Below are positions 14,498 to 29,392 of a stretch of 64,000 nt of DNA, in pieces. The notes under the pieces were generated by a model. The model worked only from the letters and a program-made list of their open reading frames with translations, had not been told where the DNA came from and searched no databases. Position numbers and translations under genes: made by a program. The stretch comes from Octopus vulgaris (lineage: Eukaryota): the NCBI GenBank assembly GCA_951406725.2, contig OX597817.1, forward strand, positions 36,146,001 to 36,210,000. The letters are read 5' to 3'. The first letter of the stretch is position 1, and every line of letters starts with the position of its first letter.

Positions 14498-14917
14498 TTA
14501 CAGCCATACCTCCCAAACCTGCTTGTTCTCTCATTAATGTGATTTAACGAGCAGTGCAAAGAAAAAGACAGAAAAGAACTGATCTTACATTCCGCTATTG
14601 CTTTTTGCATCTACCCATGGATTTGTTTCGGCCTGGCGGGCAATGGGCACAACCGCTATATATTTAGTGATTTACGATAACCATAGCAAAACTCCCTATA
14701 CTGTTCAGAGTCGCTTCTCTTGCTATGTGGTGTTGAAAGGAACGAACGAGTTCAAAATGCATCCATCAGTCCAACGTAGGGCGCTCTGAGCTGATTATCG
14801 TGTTTTAGCACCTTTTTTATCTTAAGGGAGAATTATTTTTTTCTGGACAAACTACAGTGAAAATTTTTTACAAACTCAAATATATCTCTAGCGTATATGA
14901 ACTGGCTTGAAGCTTGC

Positions 14918-15140
14918 ATACATACATACATACATATGTATATACATGCATACATACATACATACATACATACATACATACATACATACATACATACATA
15001 CATACATACATACATACATACATACATACATACATACATACATACATACATACATACATACATACATACATACACACACGCATACATACATACATACATA
15101 CATACATACATACATACATACATACATACATACATACATG
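14918..15140. repeat. (TACA)n microsatellite
   Basis: Directly visible. Confidence 0.95.
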
Positions 15141-15286
15141 CATGCATACACAAACACACCCAGACTTACAGATGCATATATATTTATTGTCATATTACGC
15201 TCTGTACTCGATTAACTCTCTTTATTCTGATGTATACTAAGTTCTAACACCTGGTTATTAAATATCGCTATGCTTGAGTGAAACAG

Positions 15287-15327
<41 letters not shown>

Positions 15328-15341
15328 AAACAGATACGCAC

Positions 15342-15393
<52 letters not shown>

Positions 15394-15530
15394 TTGGTGC
15401 ATTATTAATGACCGTCTTATTTTATTTTGCTGTTTCATTGTTTATTTTCGAATAAATTTAGAATAAAGACCGGTCGTTAATTATGCATCCATCCAATATA
15501 TATATATATATATATATACTGGATAGATGC

Positions 15531-15595
<65 letters not shown>

Positions 15596-16509
15596 ATGTG
15601 CGTGTGTGTGCGTGTGTGTGTGTGCATATGTATGTATGTGTGTGTATATGTGTGTATATTTATGTGTGTTTGTGTGTGTCATTATTTAGTTGTATCTCAA
15701 GATTTTTTGCCAGTAGAGTAAGAGTTGGTTTCTAACCTAGATCCAAGTTCCCTTCATTGAAATTTCAACATCAGCAGGGTATTTTTGTATGTATAAGAAT
15801 GTATGTATGTATGTATGTATGTATGTTTCTATGTAAATATACTGTTAGCAACCGAGTATTTGTTGAAACACATTTAACATTTAAAATAGATTCATGAATA
15901 TATGCACAGTGAAAGTATAGCCATGTTCGCCAACACAAATGCGCACTTTGCTTATTCTGTCACACACTCATGTTTTCCCTCTCACACACTCCTGCATTTT
16001 CTTATTTTGCTCAGTATCTCCTTTTTCTCTAGCATTCACCCCAGATCAGAGATATACTCAAGCACACACTCACCTTTAGAGAAATATCTAAAGGCAGAGG
16101 TTTCGAAAATGTCCAATCGCCTGACCTTAAAGACATAATCTTAATGAATCTTCAAGCTGTGACATTGCTCCTCTAAAATTGGAACAAAGGCAAAGAAAGG
16201 TTAGAATGGTTTCTCGTAATTCAACAATTATGTCTTATTGATGTCACATTATCATTCACTTATCTAATAGAATAGCCAGAAATTTGAAACGAAATGTATA
16301 TTTTCATGATTCCAGTTTGAAGCAGAGTTTAAGGCCTTCAATTTAACACCATGCACATATACACGCAGACACATGCATGGTCAAACGTACACATGTACAC
16401 AAAGCCATTTACACATGTCCATTCACTCAGACATATACATACACGTACGTACGCACAAAACCAAGCAGATGTAGTTAGATTACAAACCGCTGGATCAATA
16501 AGAATATAT

Positions 16510-17607
16510 TGTTACAGAATCACCCGTCGTCGCCCGTCCCGAACGGCTCACACAAGTTCCGCCACGGAACCCAAAGAGGCGGAGAGAGGAGATACAGATA
16601 GATACTGCCACAACCTCAACAGCACAGAGATACAGAGGCACAACCCGAGATACAACCCAAAGAGGCAAGGCAACAACTGGCAACACTGGCTTATATTCAA
16701 ACAACAGTTTATACGACAATTACAATTGTTACAACATCAAGATACATCAAAGCATGCACGTGACTACTCAATACATAACACAACAGCATTTCAAGAGTAC
16801 AACTCAAAGCATAATACAACATCATGTAACAATTCAAGAGTACACGTCCCAAGACAACAGTTCTTTAAAGTCTCTTCCTAAACATCACAATCAACAAGTC
16901 CTTTACTCTTCTTCTTCACAATGTCCTTTATCGACCACATCGACAGAGTCCTTGACTGTTCTTTTCACTGTTCAATACACCGTGACACATATCAATGCAC
17001 AAACACATACCTCAATTCCTAATTGAATCTGCCAGTGTCCCATTCCTCTCAATACTGCTAATTCCTCTGAATACTGCTAATTCCCTTCTGTGCCGCCAAG
17101 CTTTCTCGCATCCAACTTGCTCCTAAGAATTCCAACGCTTCCAAGATTCCATCTACCCGCTCTGACCTCCAGAATCCGTCTGTCTTCTTCGAGGACCGGC
17201 CAGCGACTCCAAGATCCGTCTGTGTTCCTCGACGACCGCTCAACGACTGCCAAGACCTCACTTCGTCTCTGTGCTTCTTCCACTCCCTCATCTCCCTCTG
17301 TACCGCTCATACCCTCTCTAACTGTCCCTTAGTCTTATACTCTATCTCTCTCATGACAGCTCTACCATACTCTCTGCCTGTCCTTCTCTCTTACTGTCAA
17401 TACCCTCTCCATCTGCTCTTAGATTCCCTTAATCTGTCTTCCTCTTTCACATTCTCACTGACCCTCTTCTCAGCCGCACGAGGTCACAGGTCATTCCAAA
17501 ACCCATCAGTCCTCCATTAGACAAAAGACTGTCACATTTTCACCAGACATGATGGTGCCATTATTCCTATGTGGGTCAGAAACACTGCACTAGTTAAACC
17601 CGTAACA
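16510..17607. mobile_element. Solo LTR of about 1.1 kb, probably Gypsy-type
   Basis: TGTTACAG...CCGTAACA termini (7/8 inverted match), 4-bp ATAT on both sides, composition distinct from flanks. Confidence 0.7.
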
Positions 17608-17909
17608 ATATAGTTGACTAACTCCGCTAAAAAATACTACTTAAGCCCTTAACTCCCTATAGAGCATAGGCCATCGACGGCTTTTTTCCTTTGTTCTCGA
17701 CTATGGGCTGTCGTTTCCTTATATCAACAAAATATCTTTCTGCAATATATACTTTTTACATGCTTTATATGCAACATATATTTTAAATACAGTCGTTTTC
17801 ATTAAAATGGATATGTAAAATTCAAAATATATTACAGCTGAATAGAAATATTTTATTATTTGCAAGAATTTATCCCAAAACCGAATGTAAAAATGAAGGC
17901 GCTTCTTTT

Positions 17910-18606
17910 AGGAGTATCCAGCAAATTTATCGCCTGTAATTTCATCGCTTGGTAATTTCTTCCCAAAGTAATTACATCGCTTTAGTTAATTATTCGTCAT
18001 GCCAAATATATCCTCGGTAAATCCCTTATCATACTTTTTATCTGCAGTCTAAATAAATCGCTAAATATTATTCTAAATATTATTTCAAGCTTTTATTCGT
18101 AGAATAAATGTCACATTTTATTAACAATGGAAAAGAAATTCAGAGAGGAAAAAAATTAAGTAAATACATTTGCTTAATATAAACATAAAAACAAATCGAA
18201 GTTACTTTAAAAATACCGTAAAAAGATAGCACTAATTTGAATCGGAAGAAAGAAGAAACGTAAAAAGACAAACTATGAGCAATGCCTATTTGCTGTATTA
18301 TTATTTATTATTATTTGTTTTATGATTTCTAAAATTTTCAGATCGTAGAATAGAATTTTTTCTTAGAATTTAGTTTTCATTGTCAACAAAAAGTAAAGGA
18401 TTAACTCTGTGAATAAAAATATAAAATCTCTAAAATACTGTTTAGTAATGCATTTATTCTGCTGATAAAAAGAATGACGGTGTATTTGGAATAACAATGA
18501 ATCTACCCACGATACATTAGTTTGCTATGTTATTACCTGGCGATGAAATTACGATTACGATCTAATTAATAACTATGGATTTTCCGCCATGGATTTACAG
18601 CGAACC
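17910..18606. mobile_element. Degenerate fold-back DNA element with subterminal repeats
   Basis: gtaatttcatcgcttggtaat (17936-17956) vs attacctggcgatgaaattac (18532-18552); short aattt.atcgc-like repeats near the ends; boundaries approximate. Confidence 0.45.
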
Positions 18607-18762
18607 ATTTTTTTTTACCGTGCATCAATCGTATAGGTTTCTATCTGAATATCTTGAACTACCGAGGATATCATAGACAATGCTATTTCGTGTATAGGGA
18701 ATTTAGGGTAAGTCATTCATTGCAAAGTGTATTTCGCTTTCTTACATTCTCTCTATGCATAC

Positions 18763-18967
18763 TGTTGTGTGGACGCCCCCAGACGATGAAGTAGGCTAGC
18801 CCAATACGTAGATATAGTGGGAGAAGCCTAGACGTCAGAGGACAGTTGAGCACAGTCGAACAGAGTAGTTGAGTAGTGTTGAGTAGAAGGCGTCCGAACG
18901 TGCGACATAACAGTGGCGACGAGGATTTCGTACTCACACAGCCACTGTGTAGTATTGCGATATAACA
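18763..18967 (+). mobile_element. Miniature LTR element: 150-bp LTR, tRNA-Ser PBS and end of a second LTR, with 5-bp TSD
   Basis: TGTTGTGT..ACATAACA (18763-18912), PBS TGGCGACGAGGAT (18914-18926), second end tgcgatataaca (to 18967), CATAC at 18758-18762 and 18968-18972. Confidence 0.75.
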
Positions 18968-19682
18968 CATACCCACTTGAATACTGTAAAAGGACAAGTG
19001 TTTTGCTGGCTTATAGTCTAATCTTCAAATGGGAGTGCAGATGAGTTGGGAGGAATTTTTAAAATTGTATGCAGTATCCACTTACACCAAGCACGACTTC
19101 CTTCTTTGAATTCTATAAAATATGTACCAGTGCTGGTATCGATAAGTCGATTAAAGTACTTTGCAGGTGTTGCCCAAGCATGGGTACTACTGAACGTCTG
19201 GAACCAGTAGAACGATAAAAACAATACAAGAATACACATAAAAGCAATGCATTGAAGTATATTAGGATTATTATGTTATACTAAATAAATTATCATTCCT
19301 ACGTGACAAAATAACATGTAATTATTCATTAAAAAATTCCAAAAGAATTTCCTTTAGAAAAATGTCTCTCATTTATTATAATTTTTAATGGATTACTTGT
19401 TTGACTGACATACAGCTTCCATTAGGAAAGGTAATTCAGCAAAAAACTTCAGTTTCATAAATGATTTATTGATTTTTAATGATAGAATGGATTTTTTGCT
19501 TTCATTATTGTAGCATAAGTAAGTTTGTATGTAACGTATGCATTTTGCTAGAGTAGGCAAATCTATGGTTGTGAAGTTAGCTCCGTGACCACGGGATGTT
19601 AGGTTCATTCTCACTGTCCAGAAATATGGATAAATGTCTTCAATCGTAGCTTCAATACGACTATAGTCTTTCTTATTTCATA

Positions 19683-19922
19683 TTTTACTTGTTTCAGTCA
19701 TTAGACTGCGGCCAGTCTGGGGCAACACCTTGAAGAATCTTTATTCGAATGAATCGACCCCAGTAATTATATTTTGTTAAACCTGGTACTTATTTTTCAC
19801 AAGGCTTTGGTCGGTCCGCCGCAACAGTAGAAGACACTTACCCAAGGTACCACGCAGTGACACTGAACCCGGAGTCATGTGAGTAAGAAGCAAGCTTCTT
19901 ACCACACAGTCACGCCGGCACC
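19683..19922 (-). mobile_element. SINE family A with internal deletion
   Basis: Head and tail of family A joined without the middle segment. Confidence 0.8.
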
Positions 19923-20378
19923 TATCTAGTAAATTTTGTTCGATGAAAACTGTGTAGAACCCACCAAAAAGTTCGTTGTTATTTGTGGTTCTACGCAGCA
20001 TTTTGGGTACATTTAATTTTGTACTGCCTTTGCCGGGGCCTTACTTTGTGATTTGTATTGTGTAGACTGAAAGTGTATAACAGCCGGTCGAATAGATTAT
20101 TCTTGTAATATAAAAGTCCTGCTTCAACATGCAGTGTCACCCTGGTTCGGCCTGAAAATTGCATTAAGAATAAACATGTCTGTGATATATTTTTTTCTCT
20201 TGCACTCTAATTCAATGATTCTGGTGAAACTGTTGATTGACCAATTAAACAATCATGATCGGAAATTCTGACCATTCCCCACTTACACACACATTCACCT
20301 CCCCACACGAACATATGCTCACACACACACATGCACACGTGCAAATACACACACATATATTTATACATATGCATACAT

Positions 20379-20423
<45 letters not shown>

Positions 20424-20448
20424 GCATGAGTGTGTGTGTGTGTATGTT

Positions 20449-20505
<57 letters not shown>

Positions 20506-21762
20506 GGGTGTATATATATATGAGTAATATCCGTTAGTCCCTATTCAATTTCGGCTTAAATTCAAGAAATCAACTATGATTTCTAGAATATTTAATTCCT
20601 ATTGCTGTTCTAAGACGTCACGAAAGAAATTTTAAATAACTACCAAAATTTGACAACTGGTTCAAAATAATTCCACATAAGCAAATGCCCTCGATTTTCA
20701 TAGATTTTATACAGTTTTATATGTATAAAATAAGTATTTAGAATATTTTGCTCTCTGAAGGGTTATGTCTAAAGAGATCAACCTGGACCACTAAATAAAT
20801 TCAAATTTGACTTCCCTATACTAACCTTTCAGTAGTAAATGTCATTTAACCACTGGGCAGGACACTTCATCACACCTTGCTCTGCGATCACTTCGACACC
20901 TGACGCGTGGCACACCGTGCGCTGTTCAGGTAACGTCGATTTGATGGAGAGAGTGAGCTAATGTCACTAATGACAAATTATTTGTGCTGGTTGTTCGGCA
21001 GAAAAATAAACACACCAGATTGTTCATTCACAAAGTTATGTGATAGAAAAAAGGGGAAGAAAAACAGAGCAAAAAAGGAAAGAAGGAAAATATGAAAAAA
21101 AAAATAATAAAACAAAGAAAATAAAGGAGTAAAATAGTTTTCAGTTCCTATTCTGATTATTCAATGTGTTCCTACAATCACTGGTATTGTCTTGAGATGC
21201 CACATCTTTTCGACTTCACTCATCAAACATTTATATTTTCTGAGCTTCTTGCTGTTGTTATTGTTGCTATTATTAACGTAGCTATTTACGGTGTTCATTC
21301 GTGTTTCACACAGCACTATTTAGTTACTATTTCCTTATAGTATTACTTAATGTAAAATAAAGGTGATCAAAGTCTGTGATTAAAGTCTGTGCTGCTAGAA
21401 GAGCGTAGCTGTGATTATCCAGTCTGCTCAACGCACAGAATTTCTAGACTGTCAACTGTCTCATAGTAAATATTTTTTGTACGTAACTCCTCAACAATTT
21501 GTGAATATATTTAAGCACACAGGAACTCTCTTGGGACAGATATATTGAATCCATTGCCATGTCAGCTACCAAGAACTTTGGATCTCTCTTCTGTGTTCAC
21601 AAATTTCTCATGAGAGTATCTTGCATATATATTCGACCTTGCATTGAATATTACGAGTATATTTGGGCATATGCTTCCTTTGAGTGTCTTAGCTTGTTTG
21701 ATCGTGCTCAGAAAGAGCTGTGAACATGCTGAATCCATTTTCTACTTGGTCAGAGTCTTTGA

Positions 21763-22113
21763 AGGCAGCGAGCTAGCAGAAACGTTAGCACGCCGGGCGA
21801 AATGCGTAGCCGTAGTTGTCTGCCGTTACGTTCTGAGTTCAAATTCCGCCGAGGTCGACTTTGCCTTCCATCCTTTCGAGGTCGATAAATTAAGTACCAG
21901 TTACGCACTGGGGTCGATATAATCGACTTAATCTGTTTGTCTGTCCTTGTTTGTTCTCTCTGTGTTTAGCCCCTTGTGGGTAGTAAAGAAATAGGTATTT
22001 CGTTTGTCTTTACGTTCTGAGTTCAAAATTCCGCCGAGGTCGACTTTGCCGTTTGTCGGTCCTTGTTTCTCCTCTTTGTGTTTAGCTCCTTGTGGGTAGT
22101 AAAGAAATAGGTA
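21763..22113 (+). mobile_element. SINE family B with partial tandem second unit and 11-bp TSD
   Basis: agagtctttga at 21752-21762 and 22114-22124. Confidence 0.9.
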
Positions 22114-22922
22114 AGAGTCTTTGACTCATCATTCGAATGTATTTTCGTTATGTCTTTATCAGTATTTCCATGGTCATTGCTTTGGTTTAGTAGTTTCTGT
22201 CAAGACCTTTCACTATATCACCCGCTTCTGTTCCCAGATACATCGTTTCTCTGCTGAGCTTCCTGTTAATCATGTTCTTTTATTCTAAAAGCGTTTTGCC
22301 TCGAGCTGCTGCTCTTTGGAACTCAAGTCCATCGTTGTTTTGTTTTTTATTTTTAGTTTCTTGGATCTGATATTCAGTCTTTTGAGTTTTCTGTCAATTG
22401 ACATCTTTTGAATTCGTAACCCCTTTCTTTTTTCTTCTTTTTAGACCCTTACGCTACAGTGGCCTCAAGCATTGTACGGCAAATGATCGTTAAAAAAATC
22501 TGGAGATGTAGCTATGCTGAAATCAAAATAACATAATGGTGAATGAATGCGTCTACGCCGTTACATAACTGGTCGTTATTTTATCGTTCCTAGAAGAGAA
22601 GATACAGAAAGTCATTCATAAGAATATTTGAATTGATAACATTGATTGCCGAAACTAAAATCTGTATTGTATCTCAACTACTTTCAATGCATTTTCTTTA
22701 TACTGAAAATGGGAAATTTTTTTTTATGTATATCAGTCGACAGCAATTTTACGGCCATCATTATTCATATGTCGTATTGCTCACTCATCTCATCCATCAT
22801 ATGTAAAGTTGTAAAAACTTAAATAGAACCGTTTAGCATGCTTCTGAAGACAACCATTATTTCGTCGTGAAATATATATTAACACACACACACGCACACA
22901 CAGACACACACAGACACACAGA

Positions 22923-22959
<37 letters not shown>

Positions 22960-23960
22960 ACACACACACACCTGCATCCACGGATACATACACCTAGGCA
23001 CATACACCAACTCACATATATAATTACTATATGTATTATATATGATAAAAATCTAGAGAGAAAGAAATAGATACAGAGATTATATATGCCGTTCTATACG
23101 TTTACATGCATATATATGAATATATTTGGGTATATATATATGTACATGCTTACGTACATACATACACACACATATATACACACATGCACGCACATACATA
23201 CAGATATATACATACATACATAAGTTTAGTAGCACAAACAGAAGAAATAGAACTCGCTTCACAAATGTGGAGCACAGCTAAATAATATGTGAATGTGTGT
23301 GTATTCGCACGCGCATATGTACACGCACACACATTTACTCAAATACACATGCGTGTATATATGTGTGTATGTAGATATATGTTCCTGTTCTTAATGCCCT
23401 CAAACAGAGCAGGCACTTCATAGTAGCCATATAAACTATAGCATTTATATAACTCAGAAATTTAATTATCCATTGAAAGAAAGAAAAGAAACCTACTTTC
23501 TAGTTAGTATTTAGTAGACCCACGAGGTTGGGGTCTTTTAGTTTTGTTTTACTTCTATTATAAGAAAAGATTTCACGATTTAAACGTTGAATGCATTAAT
23601 GGAACGAACGTTTTTGCAATAAACTACTAAAAGTGCATCTATGTTTTATAGCTTATGATTTACTTTTTGTGTTTAAGATGAGAGTTTGAAAGGGTTCACA
23701 AGAAAAAGATGTTCCATTACCGTTTTTCACATTAAATAACTTTAACATCCAAAGAGACTTTGTAACATTTTTTATTCAATAGCAGAATACCATTTTATTG
23801 TGAGAGAGGACGTCTGGTCAATTATATTAAACTATCATATACTACTGGTACTCGACAATGAATGGAAAACAAAAATCGACTCTAGTAAGAATGAAATGTC
23901 GACATATGAGTACGCACACAGACACAAAGAAAACCCCACACGCATACACACACGTATATA

Positions 23961-24980
23961 TCTATCTATATATAAAACTGAGAATGTGTGTCTGTCTGTC
24001 TGTCTGTCTGTGTCTCCCTAAAACTTGAGAACTACACAACCAATTTCATTCAAAGTTTACACATGGACCTTAGGGTCCATGTAGTTTCATGGGCAAAACA
24101 AATGTTCAACTTCTTGCCTAGAGCGAGCCCATAGCAATATCATATCTTCTCCATTATTTCAGTATTACGTGTTAAAAGTGAAACAAAAACATTTCTCTAT
24201 TTTATGTCAGATACTTTCACTTTAACAATAAAAATTAGAGATAATAATAACAATTGAATTATATGTAGTAAGTAATAATTAAAATCAAACTAAAGTATAA
24301 TATAATCGAAACAAAACAAAAGTAAAAATAGCAATTGGTATAAAATTGCATCAATGTCTTGAACTTGAATAAGTGGTTCCACATGAATGGGAATAAATTA
24401 AAAATAAAATTAGTGTGCAGAAATGGAATAGTCCAGATGGAGCTGTGCACATACCGTTTACCACGGCTTTTACATTAGATTATCTGCTAATTAGCTAGCA
24501 ATTAGTATCTGTATGAAGTTTGGCTGTATGTAATGTCTGTTTTCTCAAACAGCCGCTTCTACTGAGTACTGCTGTTGGTTTATTTTTTATACATAAAGGA
24601 CTATAGCGGAGGGAGATACGAATTCGCCTGTCTATATAATTGTGGAGATGCTGGCAGACCGTTATATCGTTCGATGTCGCCTGGTCGAGTTGATGTAATG
24701 GGTGAGTTTTTTCCTAGCATTTCTAGATTTATGGGAAATATTATGTTGATAAGGAAAGGAACTTTCGATTCTAATGCAGAAACGAATTCGTCCATAATTA
24801 ATCCAAATAGGCTGGGATTTCGTTATCTTCTTTCTCTTTACCATATACGGGTTACAAATTCTGTTTGTTTGTGGAGACTTATTTTTCTAGTAGTAGTAAT
24901 GGTGACCTGTTTGGCTGCTATTTCTAATATTTTCGGTATGTGGTTTTCAGCAACTTGTTGCAATTAACCCTTTATTATAA
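23961..24980 (+). mobile_element. Helitron-like 5' portion; extent uncertain
   Basis: tctatatataaaactg followed by (TCTG)n, the same 5' signature as the other Helitrons here; no 3' CTAG of its own seen. Confidence 0.5.
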
Positions 24981-25653
24981 TCTATATATATAAAACTGTA
25001 GTTGTGTGAGTGTCTGTCTCCTACGATTTAGATTCCTAACTACTCCCACATTTTGCGGTGCAGTTTAACCAAATTCGGGTATCTTATAGTCGTGATTCAT
25101 ATCGAGCCCGTCTGGGTATTAGCGCGCGTCTACAATGAGTCTACGATTTTAAAAATAATTTAACATCATTTTTTTCCATTTTAACGCATATTTCTTCGTG
25201 TGTCGATGGCGGCGGAGTTGGCGTCCATGGTCACACCTGCACCTGTGTTGCTTCTCCACCTTCTTCCCTCCCTCGTGAAGCTGTGGGGAAGGGAGTGTAA
25301 GGAAATCAACGTCGTAAAGCATTGTCAAGGAGACCAGCGTTCTTTTAGAACAACGACTTCATGGCTTGAAGACACCAAAACAGAAATGGCTAAGAAAGCG
25401 TCTACGATGAGTCTACGATTTAAAAAAAAATTTACCATCATTTTTTCCATTTTAATGCATTTTTTCGCTATTATATAAGGGAAGTAACTCTCTAAAAATG
25501 TCTACGATGAGTCAACGATTAAAAAACAGTTACCATAATTTTTTATTCCATTTTTAATGCATTTTTTTGCTAATTTTTTTGCTATAACTCTCTAAAAATG
25601 CTTATATAGTTATTTCCCTTACAAACCCGAGCAACGCCGGGCGATACTGCTAG
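24981..25653 (+). mobile_element. Non-autonomous Helitron
   Basis: a|TCtatatatataaaactg ... cccgagcaacgccgggcgatactgCTAG|t; three internal tctacgatgagtctacgat-type repeats; closely related to 43917-44311. Confidence 0.85.
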
Positions 25654-25751
25654 TTATATATAATCCTTACCGAATATGGTCATTTCCATACCGAAAAAAC
25701 TACGAGGTGAAATTTATTAATTTTATTAAATTAATTATATTTCACCCTTTA

Positions 25752-25829
<78 letters not shown>

Positions 25830-26030
25830 CATTTATATGATATGTATAGCTGTATATGTATACATGTATATTTATAGATGTATTTCTATAGATATACATG
25901 TATATGTAAACATGTATGTCTAGATGTATATATAGATGTACATGTAATATGTACACATATATATACACATATATACATGCATACACACATACACACACAC
26001 CGATCCACCCCCACCCCCACACACATACAT

Positions 26031-26345
26031 AGGTGCAGATGTGGCTGTGTGGTAACAAACTTGGTTCCAAAACACATGGTCCTCAGTTCAGTCCCACTGT
26101 GTGGTAACTTGGCACGTGTCTTCTGCTATAGCCTCAGACCAACCAAAGCCTTGTCAGGGGATTTTGTAGACAGAAACTGAAAGAAATCAATTGTATGTAT
26201 ATGTATATGTATATATGTAAGTCTATGTGTGTGTCTTTGTGTTTCTCCCTCATCACTGCTTTACAACTGGTGTTCGTTTATTTACATCCCCATGACTTAT
26301 TGGTTTCACAAGAAGAAACTGATAGAATAAGTACCAGGCTTATCA
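26031..26345 (+). mobile_element. Older SINE family A copy, partly duplicated at 27490-27680
   Basis: Head gtggctgtgtggtaac..ttcagtcccactgtgtgg. Confidence 0.8.
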
Positions 26346-26391
26346 AAATATAAAAAAGCTCTACGCAGTGTCTCATATTTTTGTTTGCCCA

Positions 26392-27482
26392 GTAAAGTGA
26401 TGGGAAACTGTTCAATCTCTCGCGTCTGCGTGTCAAGACCAAAATCAGAAGCGTCCTTATCAAGGAGATGCTATTTGCTGACGATGCCGCTCTGATATCA
26501 CACACAGAAGAAGCCCTACAAAGGCTCATCAACTCTTTTGAGCAAGCATATGGCAACTTTGGCTTAGTTATCAGCCTCAAGAAGACCAACATCATGGGTC
26601 AGGCTCCATCGGACATCCCAAACATACATATTGGAGACCACAGACTACAGGAGGTGGAGAAGTTTACCTATCTTGGCTCTACCGTCACCTATCCCTTGAT
26701 GCTGAGCTCAATATACGCATTGGAAAGGCAGCTGCTGTGATGGCCCAACTCTCCAAGCGGGCATGGGACAACAATAAGCTGACCAACACCACAAAAATGA
26801 ATATTTACCAGGAATCTGTACATAGCACTCTACTGTATGGAAGTGAGACTTGGACGCGATGCACACACCAAGAGCGTCGCCTAAATATCTTTCACCTGCG
26901 CTGCCTCCGGAAAATCCATCGCATTAAATGGCAGAATCATATCCCCAACAAAGATGTCCTCAAGCAAGCAGGAATACCAAGCATGTTTGCACTCCTCACA
27001 CAAATGCGTATGAGATGGCTTGGACATGTTAGCCGTATGGAAGATGGCAGAATCCTCATGGACATACTCTACGGAGAGCTTGCTAGGGGCACTAGGTATG
27101 TGGGAAAACCGTTCTTACGATACAAGGATGTTTGCAAAAGGGACATGAATGCCTGCAACATCAATATTACCAACTGGAAAGCAGTTGCCAGCAACCGGGG
27201 AGATTGGCGACGTACCGTAAAATAGGGAACATAAAGGAGTGACATAGAGAGAGTGGATAAATGGAAAGGCAAGAAAAGACGTCAACAAGAAACTATGACA
27301 TTACAACCAGCCAGGCAAAGTCTTCGCTACATTTGCGGCACCTGCCTGAGGCAGTGTTTGTCCAGGATAGGACTACATAGCCACAGCAGGAGATGTATTA
27401 GGACATGAAATGTAAAAGCCGGACTAGATTATTTTATGCGCAACTCCATTGTCTCCCGAGACAAAAAGAATGCCAACAACAA
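26392..27482 (+). mobile_element. 5'-truncated RTE/BovB-type LINE (RT C-terminal part, frameshifted)
   Basis: ORFs 26468-26740 (MLFADDAAL..FGLVISLKKT..FTYLGS) and 26737-27225 (LLYGSETW..RWLGHVSRMEDGR..LYGEL); RTE-type 3' end ccattgtctcccgagac..gccaacaac. Confidence 0.92.
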
Positions 27483-27774
27483 TATATATGGATTTCGTAG
27501 ACAGGAACTGAAAAAATCAATCGTATATATATATCTATGTATATATGTAATTGTATGTGTGTGTCTTTGTCTCTGTGTTTCGCCCTCATCACTGCTTCAC
27601 AACTGCTGTTCATTTATTTACATCCACATAACTTACTGGTTTCACAAGAACAAACTAATAGAATAAGTATTAGGCTTATCAACATAAAAAGGCACTAGGC
27701 TGTGTCTCATCTTTTTGTTTGCCCACTTAGTTGTATCTATCAATTTATCTTTGTATGTGTGTGCGTGTGTGTAT

Positions 27775-29317
<1,543 letters not shown>

Positions 29318-29334
29318 CATATACACACATATAC

Positions 29335-29392
<58 letters not shown>

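Noticed and set aside
16351-17332. Several ORFs of 74-176 aa
   Set aside because: They lie largely within the solo LTR, have biased composition and show no gag or pol motifs
21380-22440. Possible decayed non-LTR retroelement flanking the SINE
   Set aside because: Composition is suggestive but no motif could be read with confidence
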